A DNA stretch of 55,489 nucleotides, taken from NCBI GenBank assembly GCA_014238535.1, contig JABAAW010000006.1, positions 1 to 55,489 of the forward strand. The letters are read 5' to 3'. This DNA comes from Alphaproteobacteria bacterium. Its GTDB lineage: Bacteria > Pseudomonadota > Alphaproteobacteria > JABAAW01. The position numbers and the translations under genes are program-made. A model generated the notes under the pieces. That model was given only the letters and a program-made list of their open reading frames with translations, was not told the DNA's origin and did not search any database. The number at the start of each line of letters is the position of its first letter. Position 1 is the stretch's first letter. Shown piece after piece: positions 36,281 through 45,972 of the stretch.

Positions 36281-37792
36281 TTAGCCTTTTTTATTTTTTG
36301 CTACGAATTCTTTTGCACATTCTTGCGCCCATTGCGTTATCGAGCCTGCGCCCAAGAAGACGATATAGTCTCCACATTTAGCTTGTTCTATAAGTTTTTT
36401 ATTCACCTCTTCGCAGGATTCGATATAGTTTGCATCGCGATGTCCGCAGGTTTTTATTCCTTCGACTAGGCTTTGGCTATCGGCGCCTTGTATTGGATTT
36501 TCTTCGGCAGCGAAGACGGGAGCGACGAAAAGTTTATCGGCATCATTGAAGCAGCGGCGAAAATCTTCGAACAATCTAGATAGTCTAGAATATCGATGTG
36601 GCTGGTATACGACGATTAGGCGAGCGCCTTGCTTGATGAGAGGTCTTGCGGCTTTTAGGACGGCGGTGATTTCTACAGGATGATGCCCGTAGTCGTCGAT
36701 GATGGTCACCCCGTTAGTTTTTCCTACTTGAGTGAATCGTCTTCTTACGCCTTTGAAATTTTCTAAAGATTGAGCGATTGCGTTTGCTTTTAGGTTTAGG
36801 CGCAGAGCGACGGTAGCAGCTGCGAGCGCGTTAGCGACATTATGTTCGCCAAACATGGGTAAGGTTATGTTTTCTATGACGCATTTTTGGTTTTTATCTT
36901 CGACCTTTATTGAGAATTGCATACCGATATCGGGCTTTAGCCGAACATCGACGGCACGGTATAGAGCCTGCGGGCTAAAGCCGTATGTTAGTACACGCCT
37001 GTCGTCTATCTCGCCGACCAGTTTTTGTACGCTGGGATGGTCGACGCAGAGAACTGCGAATCCGTAGAATGGAATACTCTGTACGAACGAGCGGAAGCTT
37101 TGCCGCAAATGTTCGAAGTTATCATAATTTTCTAAGTGCTCTGGATCGATATTTGTAACGATTGCGATAGTTGGTCGCAAGTGCAGGAATGAGCCGTCAG
37201 ATTCGTCGGCCTCGACGACCATCCACGCACTCTCGCCCTTACGCGCATTGGAGCCGAAGGCATTGATGATTCCACCATTTATGACGGTTGGGTCGAGTCC
37301 GCAGTTTTCGAGCATTGTTGCGACTATCGATGTTGTCGTTGTTTTTCCATGAGTTCCTGCGACGGCGATGGTTGTTTTGAAGCGCATCAGTTCTGCTAGG
37401 ATTTCTGCGCGGCGCACGATGGGTATCCTTAGAGCGCGAGCGTGGCATAGTTCAACATGGTCTTCGCGTACTGCAGATGAGTATACCAATACTGCGGCAC
37501 ACTCGACTGCCTTTAGGTTTTCGCCGATGTTGATTTTTATTCCTAATTCTTGTAGCCTTTTGATGTTTGCATTATGGGAGCGGTCGCTGCCTTGCACGCT
37601 GAATCCTAGGTTGTGCATAGTTTCAGCGATTCCCGACATCCCGATACCTCCGATGCCGGTAAAATGAATGATCCCATGTGGTGCTAGTCCTTTGTCAAAG
37701 GATAGTCCTTGCTCGATGAGTATAGCGTCTGGCTTCTCGCGGGCATCTAGGCGAGTTTTTTTTGCTAGTTCATTTTTGTGCAATGGCTTCAT
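36281..37792 (-). CDS. murC: UDP-N-acetylmuramate--L-alanine ligase
   Basis: GIGGIGMSGIA, AGTHGKTTTT, VEADESDGSF, DDYGHHPVEI and QPHRYSR. Confidence 0.97.
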   Translation of the reverse strand: MKPLHKNELAKKTRLDAREKPDAILIEQGLSFDKGLAPHGIIHFTGIGGIGMSGIAETMHNLGFSVQGSDRSHNANIKRLQELGIKINIGENLKAVECAAVLVYSSAVREDHVELCHARALRIPIVRRAEILAELMRFKTTIAVAGTHGKTTTTSIVATMLENCGLDPTVINGGIINAFGSNARKGESAWMVVEADESDGSFLHLRPTIAIVTNIDPEHLENYDNFEHLRQSFRSFVQSIPFYGFAVLCVDHPSVQKLVGEIDDRRVLTYGFSPQALYRAVDVRLKPDIGMQFSIKVEDKNQKCVIENITLPMFGEHNVANALAAATVALRLNLKANAIAQSLENFKGVRRRFTQVGKTNGVTIIDDYGHHPVEITAVLKAARPLIKQGARLIVVYQPHRYSRLSRLFEDFRRCFNDADKLFVAPVFAAEENPIQGADSQSLVEGIKTCGHRDANYIESCEEVNKKLIEQAKCGDYIVFLGAGSITQWAQECAKEFVAKNKKG

Positions 37793-38952
37793 GCGAGTAT
37801 CTGCCCCTTGCTGGCTTTGTTTTCGTTATCGACTAGGTCGCGCACGACGGCGACGAGTTTTTTTTCGGCATTTTTATGAGCTAGTTTTCGAGCGCATTTT
37901 GCGGCGATGGTTAAGAACTCGTTATGCTCTAGTAGCCCTGCTATTTTTCTAGATAGTATCTCTGGAGTTAATGTATCTTCGGGTATCATCCATCCAGCAC
38001 CTGCGCGAACGATCCGTAGGGCGTTTTCGCGTTGATGGTCGTCGATGGCATGAGGGTATGGTATTAGCACAGCGGGTCGTCCGACAGTGACGATTTCGGC
38101 TAGCGTTGTAGCGCCTGCGCGGCATACGATTAGATGAGCTGCGTCCATTCGTGCAGCGATATCGGCGAAGAAATGATTAGTCTGTGCTTTTATTCTGTAG
38201 CGTTTGTAGAATTGGCGTACGGATTGGATTTGGTCTTTGCGCACCTGTTGGCAAAGTTGTATGCGCTCGCGCAAGTTTTGTGGTAGCAAAGCGATTGCTT
38301 GAGGAACGCAAGAGCCAAAGACGCGAGCACCTTGGCTTCCACCCAATACGAGTAACCTTATAGTATCATTTTTGCTATTGATAGTTTGATATGATTTTTG
38401 TGTTAGTCGTTGGAATGAAGATCGCACTGGATTTCCTGTCCAGACGGCGAGCCCTTTACTGATTGATCCTTCGATGAATCGAGTTTGTCGGAAAGATAAA
38501 GCAACTCGATCGGCACCTGGTAGTAGCAACCTATTAGCGCGTCCTAGCACTGCGTTCTGCTCGTGCAATACGGTTGGCACGCGAGTTATGTTAGCGGCGA
38601 GCATCGGCGGTAATGCGGCGTATCCGCCAAACCCTATGACGACTGCGGGACGAGTTTTACGCAATAAGTATAGCGATTGCAGGAAACCTATAGCGAGTAT
38701 AGTTATAGCTAGCAGGAATCCCAATCGAGATCGTCCGCTAATTCCTTCAGCTGATATGCGATGGAATTCGATTTTTTTCAGTGCTCCGTTTAGCGGAAGT
38801 ATGCGCTTGTCGCCAAGCAAGACTAGTCTGTAATTGGTTATTTTTTGCAAGGTTTCGACGAAGGCTTGTGCTGGGAAGATGTGCCCTCCTGTACCGCCTG
38901 CTGCGATCATCACTAGTTTTTGCTGTTTGCTATCGTTATGCTTTTTTTTCAC
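37789..38952 (-). CDS. murG: Lipid II GlcNAc transferase
   Basis: AGGTGGHIFPA, GFGGY, HEQNAVLGRANR, GGSQGA, RAGATT and DDHQ. Confidence 0.96.
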   Translation of the reverse strand: MKKKHNDSKQQKLVMIAAGGTGGHIFPAQAFVETLQKITNYRLVLLGDKRILPLNGALKKIEFHRISAEGISGRSRLGFLLAITILAIGFLQSLYLLRKTRPAVVIGFGGYAALPPMLAANITRVPTVLHEQNAVLGRANRLLLPGADRVALSFRQTRFIEGSISKGLAVWTGNPVRSSFQRLTQKSYQTINSKNDTIRLLVLGGSQGARVFGSCVPQAIALLPQNLRERIQLCQQVRKDQIQSVRQFYKRYRIKAQTNHFFADIAARMDAAHLIVCRAGATTLAEIVTVGRPAVLIPYPHAIDDHQRENALRIVRAGAGWMIPEDTLTPEILSRKIAGLLEHNEFLTIAAKCARKLAHKNAEKKLVAVVRDLVDNENKASKGQILA

Positions 38953-40136
38953 ACGAGCGCCCTCTCGTTATTGTATCGCGTCAAGCACAACAATGAACCT
39001 AGGGTTATCCCTAAAGCCAACAATGAGGAGCCACCTGCGGATATCCAAGGCAAAGTAGTACCTTTAGGAGGTATCATAGCCAGAGTTGAGGCGATGTTAA
39101 TTGCTGCTTGGCATACTATCTGCGTCAGCAATCCTGTGGTAGCGAGCAGAGTAAAGGGAAGATTTATGGAGTGCACGCGCATGATGACACGCCATACGAT
39201 GCAGGCATATAGTATCACGACGACGAGAGCTATTACTATTCCTAGTTGTTCTCCGATTGCGATGAAGACGAAATCGCTTTGCGGGTCGAACATTCTTCGC
39301 GCGGCCTTACCGATACCCAATCCCTTACCGAACATTCCGCCTTGGCGTAGTAGTTCTAGTCCCATGTGTACTTGGTCGCCGTGTACTGCTTCTGATTGTG
39401 ATGCGGTTTTTATGAATGCATCCAACCGCCCTGCGACATGCGGTAGTGTTTTATAGAGCATTATTGCGGCTAATGGTACGGCTGCGAGCCAGGCTAGCAT
39501 TACGAAAAAGGACATTCCTGCGACGAACCACATGCTGAGTAGGCTAAAGGTTATCAAGAGCAGTTGCCCGATATCTGGCTGTAGGAATAGCAGTGTAGCG
39601 AGTATAGCGTATAGGGCGATTAGCGCGAGTAACCACATATTATTGCGGTCTGCTTGCAAGTAGCGCGCGAACATTGCAGCTGCGATCAATGTAAAAGCGG
39701 GTTTCATAAACTCTGATGGCTGTATTGTGAATAGCCCGAATGATAACCACCGTCGTGCGCCATAATATGGCTCTGCGGTAAGTAGAATCACTATCGTTGT
39801 TATGCCTGCCAGCAATAGCAAGAATCCTGCATAGCGCACCAATATTGAGCGATTCGAGCCTGCGATTACGAGAGCGATTACCAAGCTCACGCTTAGGAAC
39901 AGAGTATGCTTTGCAGCGAATGTATATGGAGCTAGAGAGAATTTTTTACCCAGTATTGGACTTATCCCGAATTGTATGAGCAAGCCTAATAGAGCGAGTA
40001 CTAGAACGTATGCAAGCAACCACCTATCGATGCTTGCCCACCATCGCGCGATGCCAACGGCTATGGTTTGCGATTCAACGCGCACCTCACCTCTAGAGTT
40101 TGCTTTCGCGAGATGATTTATTTGATGCTCTGTCAT
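38949..40136 (-). CDS. ftsW: SEDS family peptidoglycan polymerase FtsW
   Basis: GARRW, IQPSEF.KP, LQPDIG, DFVF..IGEQLG and P.KG.TLPWISAGGSS. Confidence 0.93.
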   Translation of the reverse strand: MTEHQINHLAKANSRGEVRVESQTIAVGIARWWASIDRWLLAYVLVLALLGLLIQFGISPILGKKFSLAPYTFAAKHTLFLSVSLVIALVIAGSNRSILVRYAGFLLLLAGITTIVILLTAEPYYGARRWLSFGLFTIQPSEFMKPAFTLIAAAMFARYLQADRNNMWLLALIALYAILATLLFLQPDIGQLLLITFSLLSMWFVAGMSFFVMLAWLAAVPLAAIMLYKTLPHVAGRLDAFIKTASQSEAVHGDQVHMGLELLRQGGMFGKGLGIGKAARRMFDPQSDFVFIAIGEQLGIVIALVVVILYACIVWRVIMRVHSINLPFTLLATTGLLTQIVCQAAINIASTLAMIPPKGTTLPWISAGGSSLLALGITLGSLLCLTRYNNERALV

Positions 40137-40140
40137 GTCT

Positions 40141-41661
40141 CTATATTTGTGCTACTTGGTTTTTACTTATGGAGATAGCATCAGCTTCAAATGTTTTGAC
40201 TAAAAGTTCGAAACACTTACCGCGCTCGGCGTGGTTTGCGAATTGATCAAAGGAGGCACAAGATGGTGATAATAGTATTATCGGCTGCCTATTTGCTTTC
40301 CTTGCGCCTTTTTCTCCTACTGCATCCTCTTTTTCGACCTGTTTACGCGCGGCGTTGATAGCGGCGTTGAAAGCCTCTTTTAGCGTTGCTACGCTTGTGC
40401 ATGGGAATTTATTTACGAAGCAACTGGTGAAAATATCTCTCGCTTCACCAAAGAAGAAACCTTCTTGCACGAGCGGTTTTGTAGCGAGTAGTTCGACAAT
40501 TTCTTGTAGCCAAGTAGCCCCACCTTTCATCCTACCACCAGCGAGCCAAAATATATTGCTATCGGAGCAAGCTGCTATGGCGTGCTTTGTTGCGTGTGGG
40601 TTTGTTGCTTTTGAATCGTTGATGAAGAGTATTCCTGCGCGCGTTCCTAAATCGAGCATTCGATGCTCTAGACCTTTAAAGCTTTTCAGACTTTCGATGA
40701 TATTTTGCGGAGTTATCCTTTGATAGCATTTGGCAGCAGTGTATGCGGCGGCTATGTTTTGCGCGTTATGCATGCCGCGCAGATATTTGTTTTCGGGAAT
40801 ATCATATACTTTTGTTGCCCCTTGCGTATCGTCGTATAGCCTACCGCCTATGACCCATACCCCACTTGGAGCCTCGTTTTTTGCGGATATTGGTAATGTT
40901 TTCAACCCCTGGTTGCTAAATGCTAAGAACAAGCGTTGCGACCATTCGTCGTCGATTCCGCATATTAGTATATCTTTGCCTTTTGTGTTTCGAGCGATGC
41001 GTGTTTTAGCTGCTATGTATGCGTCCATGGACTCGTATCGCTCGAGATGATCTGGAGCGATATTCAGCAGGATTCCGACCTCGAAACGCGCCTTTTTGAT
41101 CAAGTCTAGTTGGAAGGATGAGAGTTCCAATACCAACTCTACACCCTCGCTTGAGTTTGCTGTATCGAGTTCGAGGATCGGTCGTCCGATATTTCCTCCG
41201 ACCTGCACCCTGCACCCGCATTTTTCGAATATGTGTCCTAGCAGAGCAGTAGTAGTAGACTTCCCGTTAGTGCCGGTAATAGCAAGCACCTTTATATTTG
41301 GGTTTGCCCGCCATGCTAGTTCTATATCGCCTATTATCTCCTTACCCCAGAGCCTAGCGTTATTTGCGATTGGATGCTCTAGAGGTATGCCTGGAGCGAG
41401 CACGAGGAAGCTACAATCTCGCATCGGCTGTTCTAGATTTAGATCGCCGAGCGGTATGCCTATTTCTGCTGCGCGCGCGCGCGCGTCTTTGCTATCATCC
41501 CATGCGTGCAGTATGGCTCCACCCTGTATCAATGCTTTTGCGCATGCTAGTCCCGACTTTCCTAAGCCGAACAATCCTACCTCTAGATTGCGGAAGCATA
41601 ATGGAGCCTCTTTAGCCTTATTGGCATCATCGTGCTGTGAATTTTGAGGTTTTGTTTTCAT
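40141..41661 (-). CDS. murD: UDP-N-acetylmuramoyl-L-alanine--D-glutamate ligase
   Basis: GLGKSG, AITGTNGKSTTT, LELSSFQL, NDSKATN and LLSPSCASFDQF. True start is ATG 41661, overlapping the mraY stop. Confidence 0.95.
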   Translation of the reverse strand: MKTKPQNSQHDDANKAKEAPLCFRNLEVGLFGLGKSGLACAKALIQGGAILHAWDDSKDARARAAEIGIPLGDLNLEQPMRDCSFLVLAPGIPLEHPIANNARLWGKEIIGDIELAWRANPNIKVLAITGTNGKSTTTALLGHIFEKCGCRVQVGGNIGRPILELDTANSSEGVELVLELSSFQLDLIKKARFEVGILLNIAPDHLERYESMDAYIAAKTRIARNTKGKDILICGIDDEWSQRLFLAFSNQGLKTLPISAKNEAPSGVWVIGGRLYDDTQGATKVYDIPENKYLRGMHNAQNIAAAYTAAKCYQRITPQNIIESLKSFKGLEHRMLDLGTRAGILFINDSKATNPHATKHAIAACSDSNIFWLAGGRMKGGATWLQEIVELLATKPLVQEGFFFGEARDIFTSCFVNKFPCTSVATLKEAFNAAINAARKQVEKEDAVGEKGARKANRQPIILLSPSCASFDQFANHAERGKCFELLVKTFEADAISISKNQVAQI

Positions 41662-42737
41662 CGTATTTTTAGTGTTGCCAACGCTAGTAGAGCGAATATG
41701 ATTGATATTATCCAAAAGCGTATTACGATGGTTGCTTCTGCCCATCCTCGTTTTTCGAAATGATGGTGTAGTGGAGCGATTGCGAATATTCTCTTGCCAA
41801 ACAACTGGAATGAGGCGATCTGCAAGAGAACCGAAACGGTTTCGATTACGAACAATCCGCCGACGATTCCAAGAACTATCTCGTGCTTTGTTATTACTGC
41901 GATGCTTGCCAATGCGGCGCCCATGGATAGCGAGCCAGTGTCGCCCATGAAGATTCGTGCTGGCGGTGCATTGAACCATAGGAATCCGAGGCAAGAACCG
42001 ACTAGAGCGGCGCAAATTACCCCTAGTTCGCCAGCCTCTGGAATGTATAGTATCTGTAGATGCTGTGCGTAGATTGCGTTTCCGCAAATGTATGCGATTA
42101 ATCCGAAGCAGCCTAGTGCGGCGGTTAATGGTCCTGTTGCCAAACCATCCAAGCCGTCGGTGATGTTTACGGCGTTTGCGCTAGAAACTATCATCACTAT
42201 TGCTAGCATTATGTAGAAGTAGTTTAATTCTATTAGCGCATTTTTGAAAAAAGGAAACGGCAGGCTTGTAGCGAATCCCAAGTCTGTATAGTGCAGGTAT
42301 AAGAAGCAGCCTATTGCTGCGAGAGATACTTCCATGATGATACGCGAGCGAACTGATATGCCTTTTGATTTGTGTCGAATTTTACGCATGTCATCAAGGA
42401 ATCCTACGACAGCGAAACCCCAGAATATTCCCAAGACGATCCATACATTTACTACTCGTAGATCGGTCCAAAGCAGAATTGCGACTGAAGAGGAAGCGAG
42501 CATTAGCAATCCGCCCATAGTAGGAGTTCCATGCTTTGCCAGATGCGTATCTGGCACATATTCGCGCACGGTGGTCGCCCCCCGCTGCATTGCTTTCAGT
42601 TTTGCGATCAACCAATTTCCAAAGAATAGGCTTAGCAATAAAGATGTTGCGAGCGCCCCCCCACCTCGAAAGCTTAGATATCGGAATAGGTTGAATAGGA
42701 TCGATAGGTCCGTGTATGTTGCAAGATAAGTAACCAT
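41658..42737 (-). CDS. mraY: Phospho-N-acetylmuramoyl-pentapeptide transferase
   Basis: GTPTMGG, NAVNITDGLDGL, IFMGDTGS and APLHHHFE. Confidence 0.97.
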   Translation of the reverse strand: MVTYLATYTDLSILFNLFRYLSFRGGGALATSLLLSLFFGNWLIAKLKAMQRGATTVREYVPDTHLAKHGTPTMGGLLMLASSSVAILLWTDLRVVNVWIVLGIFWGFAVVGFLDDMRKIRHKSKGISVRSRIIMEVSLAAIGCFLYLHYTDLGFATSLPFPFFKNALIELNYFYIMLAIVMIVSSANAVNITDGLDGLATGPLTAALGCFGLIAYICGNAIYAQHLQILYIPEAGELGVICAALVGSCLGFLWFNAPPARIFMGDTGSLSMGAALASIAVITKHEIVLGIVGGLFVIETVSVLLQIASFQLFGKRIFAIAPLHHHFEKRGWAEATIVIRFWIISIIFALLALATLKIR

Positions 42738-42799
42738 AGTATTTACCTATTTCCTTCTGCCCTATTTTTCACGGCTTTATGAACTTGTTTAGCCATGTT

Positions 42800-44242
42800 T
42801 TATGCTGTCGCGTGCTGGTTGAGTTCTTCTAGCAAAATCTGCATACCACTACCGAGCGAACCTTTAACGAGCAGAGTATCGCCATGCTTTAGATGCGCTA
42901 ACAAAGGCTTTGCTAGTTCCTGCGCTTCGTCCCTATGCGCTCCGCGTTTGCTGCGTGGTAGATTTCGGTATAGTTTCTGCATCAAATTTCCACAAGTGAA
43001 GACTGCATCGCAACTGCGCGCTGCGTCGGCGGCGAGTTCTGAGTGCATTTCGATTTCATGCTTACCCAGTTCGAGCATGTCGCCTAGGGCTGCGATCCTG
43101 CGTGGATTTAGGGATGCTAATGTTGCAAGGGCTGTGCGTAATGCGACAGGGGAAGAGTTATAGCTTTCGTCGATGACGCGAATTCGCCGATGAAAGCTCT
43201 TGGCTGGAGAAGCGAGATTTATCTCGCTGATAGCTCCTCTTCCCTGCAGAGGGAATTGGTTTTGCAGTTTTTTTGCGATACTCGCTACATCTAGATTTAG
43301 TTCATTGCAAATGGCTAGCGCGCCGAGACTGCCTAATACGCGCGCGGCACCGTATCCACCGATACGCCATTGGTGTTCTATACCTTTCTCCCCTTGATGT
43401 TGCTCCTCTTGCTCGCTACCTTTAGATTTACTTGGAAAGATAGCACGCACTTCTGTTGAGTCATTGCGAGTAGTGTATTGGCATAATCGATAGTTGCTTT
43501 TTTCATCGCTACCGAATGTTGCGACCTTTGGAACATTTACGGCGTGCGCGTATAGTCGCTCTCGATACTTTTCGTTTGCGGGGAATAGAGCGCATTGTGA
43601 AACATTTGCGAAGATTTCGGCTTTAGCGTCGCATATTTCGTCCTCGCTTTCGAAGAACATTAGATGTGCTGGAGCGATAGCGGTAATTATGGCGAAGTGC
43701 GGACGTACGATAGCCGATAGGTTAGCGATTTCGCCTTGTTTGCTCATCCCTAGTTCGAAGACACCGTATTGGCTTTCGCGAGGCATGCGCGCGAGTGATA
43801 GGGGAACTCCGATATGATTATTGAGATTTCCTAAGCTAGCAGCGACGGCACCTGGCAAGATATTTTGTAGCAACGCACGCAAGCTTGTTTTTCCGACACT
43901 TCCTGTAATAGCGATGATACGCGCTGATGTACGGCTACGCGCGTATGACGCTAGACGCGTGAGGGTTTTCAAGGTGTCATCTACCTTTAGCACACGCGCG
44001 CCATCGATTTTCTGTTGTTTTTTATACTCGCCAGCGATGATTGCATAAGCTACCCCGCGAGCGAAGGCTTGTTCTAGGAAGTCTATCCCATCGAACTTTG
44101 GCCCCTTCAAGGCGAAGAACAGGTCTCCTTTTTCTGCGCTGCGTGAATCTATGGATACTCCGCTGACTGCGGGCGTTGAGCTAGATATACCTAAAGCTTG
44201 AGCGAGTTCGTCTTGTTTGTATAGCATTGTATTTTGTCTCAC
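42800..44242 (-). CDS. murF: UDP-MurNAc-tripeptide--D-Ala-D-Ala ligase
   Basis: SIDSR, AITGSVGKT, NNHIGVP, ELGMS..GEI, DESYNSSP, LGDMLELG and LVKGS. Confidence 0.95.
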   Translation of the reverse strand: MRQNTMLYKQDELAQALGISSSTPAVSGVSIDSRSAEKGDLFFALKGPKFDGIDFLEQAFARGVAYAIIAGEYKKQQKIDGARVLKVDDTLKTLTRLASYARSRTSARIIAITGSVGKTSLRALLQNILPGAVAASLGNLNNHIGVPLSLARMPRESQYGVFELGMSKQGEIANLSAIVRPHFAIITAIAPAHLMFFESEDEICDAKAEIFANVSQCALFPANEKYRERLYAHAVNVPKVATFGSDEKSNYRLCQYTTRNDSTEVRAIFPSKSKGSEQEEQHQGEKGIEHQWRIGGYGAARVLGSLGALAICNELNLDVASIAKKLQNQFPLQGRGAISEINLASPAKSFHRRIRVIDESYNSSPVALRTALATLASLNPRRIAALGDMLELGKHEIEMHSELAADAARSCDAVFTCGNLMQKLYRNLPRSKRGAHRDEAQELAKPLLAHLKHGDTLLVKGSLGSGMQILLEELNQHATA

Positions 44243-45972
44243 CCCTTTGCTATGGCATTTAGAGCGTCGCGCACGACCATAGCGTCGTCGAATGTACGCA
44301 CTTCGCTTCCGATTATTTGCCCGCTTTCGTGCCCTTTGCCGGCGATGATTAGGACGTCGCGCGGTTGCATATCGCTTATAGCGAGTTTGATTGCGACCTT
44401 GCGATCATCTATTTCGTAATAGGGAGCATTTTTAGAGTTATCTGACGATGATTTCGATGCGTCCTGCAACGGCTGCAGTATTGCTTTGCGTATTCCAGCT
44501 GCTTTTTCGCCCCTAGGGTTATCGTCTGTTATGTATATTCTATCTGCTAGTTCTGCGGCGATGGCGCCCATTTTAGGTCGTTTTTCGCGATCACGATCGC
44601 CGCCACAACCGAAGAGACATAGCACGCGCCCGCTTACTTTTTCAGTATGACTAGCCTTGACTAGCCGCCTAGCTTCTTTTAGCACGACTTCTAGTGCTTG
44701 GGGAGTATGCGCGAAGTCTACATATACGCTTGCCTGCATTAGCGGATGGGTGAAACGCTGCATGCGCCCGCGCACTGCATGCAATCGCGTTAAGATAGCA
44801 GGCAGGGATGCAATCATAGTAGCGAAGGCTGGCTCTACGCTTGCGCTGGTGTTTCTCGTAGCCTTGATGTGGCTATGCGCGTTCTGCTTCTGCATAGCGA
44901 GAGCGATGAAGGCGGTTATAGCTCCTAACAGGTTATTGATTTGGAATCGCTCGACGAACGGCACTTCGACTTGCTCTAGTATGATGTCTTTTGGAGTGTT
45001 GCTTGTTGATATTTGAGATTGCCCAATAAAATCTTTGGTAGCGAAGCGTAAAGAAAGTCTAGTCGAGCCTTTTTTTTCGTCTATTTTTGCATTGAATGCG
45101 CTTATGGATGCGCGCTTGTCGTCTGTATCACCGAGATGCGTTTTCAGTATGCTTATGGGGTTTTGAGCGGCTGCGATTTTTTTTTCAATTGCTTGTGCGA
45201 ATGGTTCTGCGAGCGGTAATACGACTGAGGCATTGGCTGCCAGCAATTCGTTAAACAACCGTTGTTTTGCGGAGCGGTAGTTTTCCCAAGTTTTATGGTA
45301 ATCGAGATGGTCTTGCGACAGGTTTGTTAGAATTGCAGCGTTGAAGAGTAGCCCATCTAGACGATATTGCGCCAAACCGTGGCTCGAAGCCTCTAATGCG
45401 CAATGCGTGACTCCGTTGTTTGCGAGCTGCGCGAGCAATTCGTGTAGAAGAATGGGGTCTGGTGTCGTTAGGCTTGCGTGTTGCGCTGAAGCATTTTTTG
45501 CGTCTTTCGAGGATATGCCAGATGTATATTCTGCCTCTTCGTTTTTTTGCCGCAAGCCTAATGTTCCGATGGAAGCGCAAGTTATACCTGATGCGTGCCA
45601 TAGCTGCTGCAGGAATACGACACTGGAAGTTTTTCCATTAGTGCCGGTTACGGCGACGACATTCTGAGGTTTTTCGGCATGGTATAGGCTTGCGAGTTGC
45701 GCTAGTTTTCGGCGTGGTTCAGGTGCTTCGATCCATATAGTATCTGCTGGCATTTGCGGTGGCTTTTTACAACCGACCTGCGCGAGCACGGCTTTTGCGC
45801 CGCGCTTTAGTGCATCCTCTATATAGTCTCTACCGTCGAGTCTATCGCCTGTTAGAGCGGCGAACAACCAACCTTTTCGGACTCTGCGGCTATCGGAAGT
45901 CATGCCGAGCAGGTTTGCGACGATGTTAGCGTCAGGGTTTAGCATCGGTTTTGCTTCAGAGAGGTTTTTCAT
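44239..45972 (-). CDS. murE: UDP-MurNAc-dipeptide--meso-DAP ligase (with several insertions)
   Basis: VTGTNGKTS, LTTPD, EASSHGL, TNLSQDHLDYH, DFAHTP, GCGGDRD..KR, DNPR (meso-DAP specificity motif) and AGKGHE. Confidence 0.95.
   Translation of the reverse strand: MKNLSEAKPMLNPDANIVANLLGMTSDSRRVRKGWLFAALTGDRLDGRDYIEDALKRGAKAVLAQVGCKKPPQMPADTIWIEAPEPRRKLAQLASLYHAEKPQNVVAVTGTNGKTSSVVFLQQLWHASGITCASIGTLGLRQKNEEAEYTSGISSKDAKNASAQHASLTTPDPILLHELLAQLANNGVTHCALEASSHGLAQYRLDGLLFNAAILTNLSQDHLDYHKTWENYRSAKQRLFNELLAANASVVLPLAEPFAQAIEKKIAAAQNPISILKTHLGDTDDKRASISAFNAKIDEKKGSTRLSLRFATKDFIGQSQISTSNTPKDIILEQVEVPFVERFQINNLLGAITAFIALAMQKQNAHSHIKATRNTSASVEPAFATMIASLPAILTRLHAVRGRMQRFTHPLMQASVYVDFAHTPQALEVVLKEARRLVKASHTEKVSGRVLCLFGCGGDRDREKRPKMGAIAAELADRIYITDDNPRGEKAAGIRKAILQPLQDASKSSSDNSKNAPYYEIDDRKVAIKLAISDMQPRDVLIIAGKGHESGQIIGSEVRTFDDAMVVRDALNAIAKG

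Noticed and set aside
41662-42087. N-terminal 142 aa of the 648-aa murD ORF
   Set aside because: Overlaps mraY in another frame; the real start is ATG 41661.
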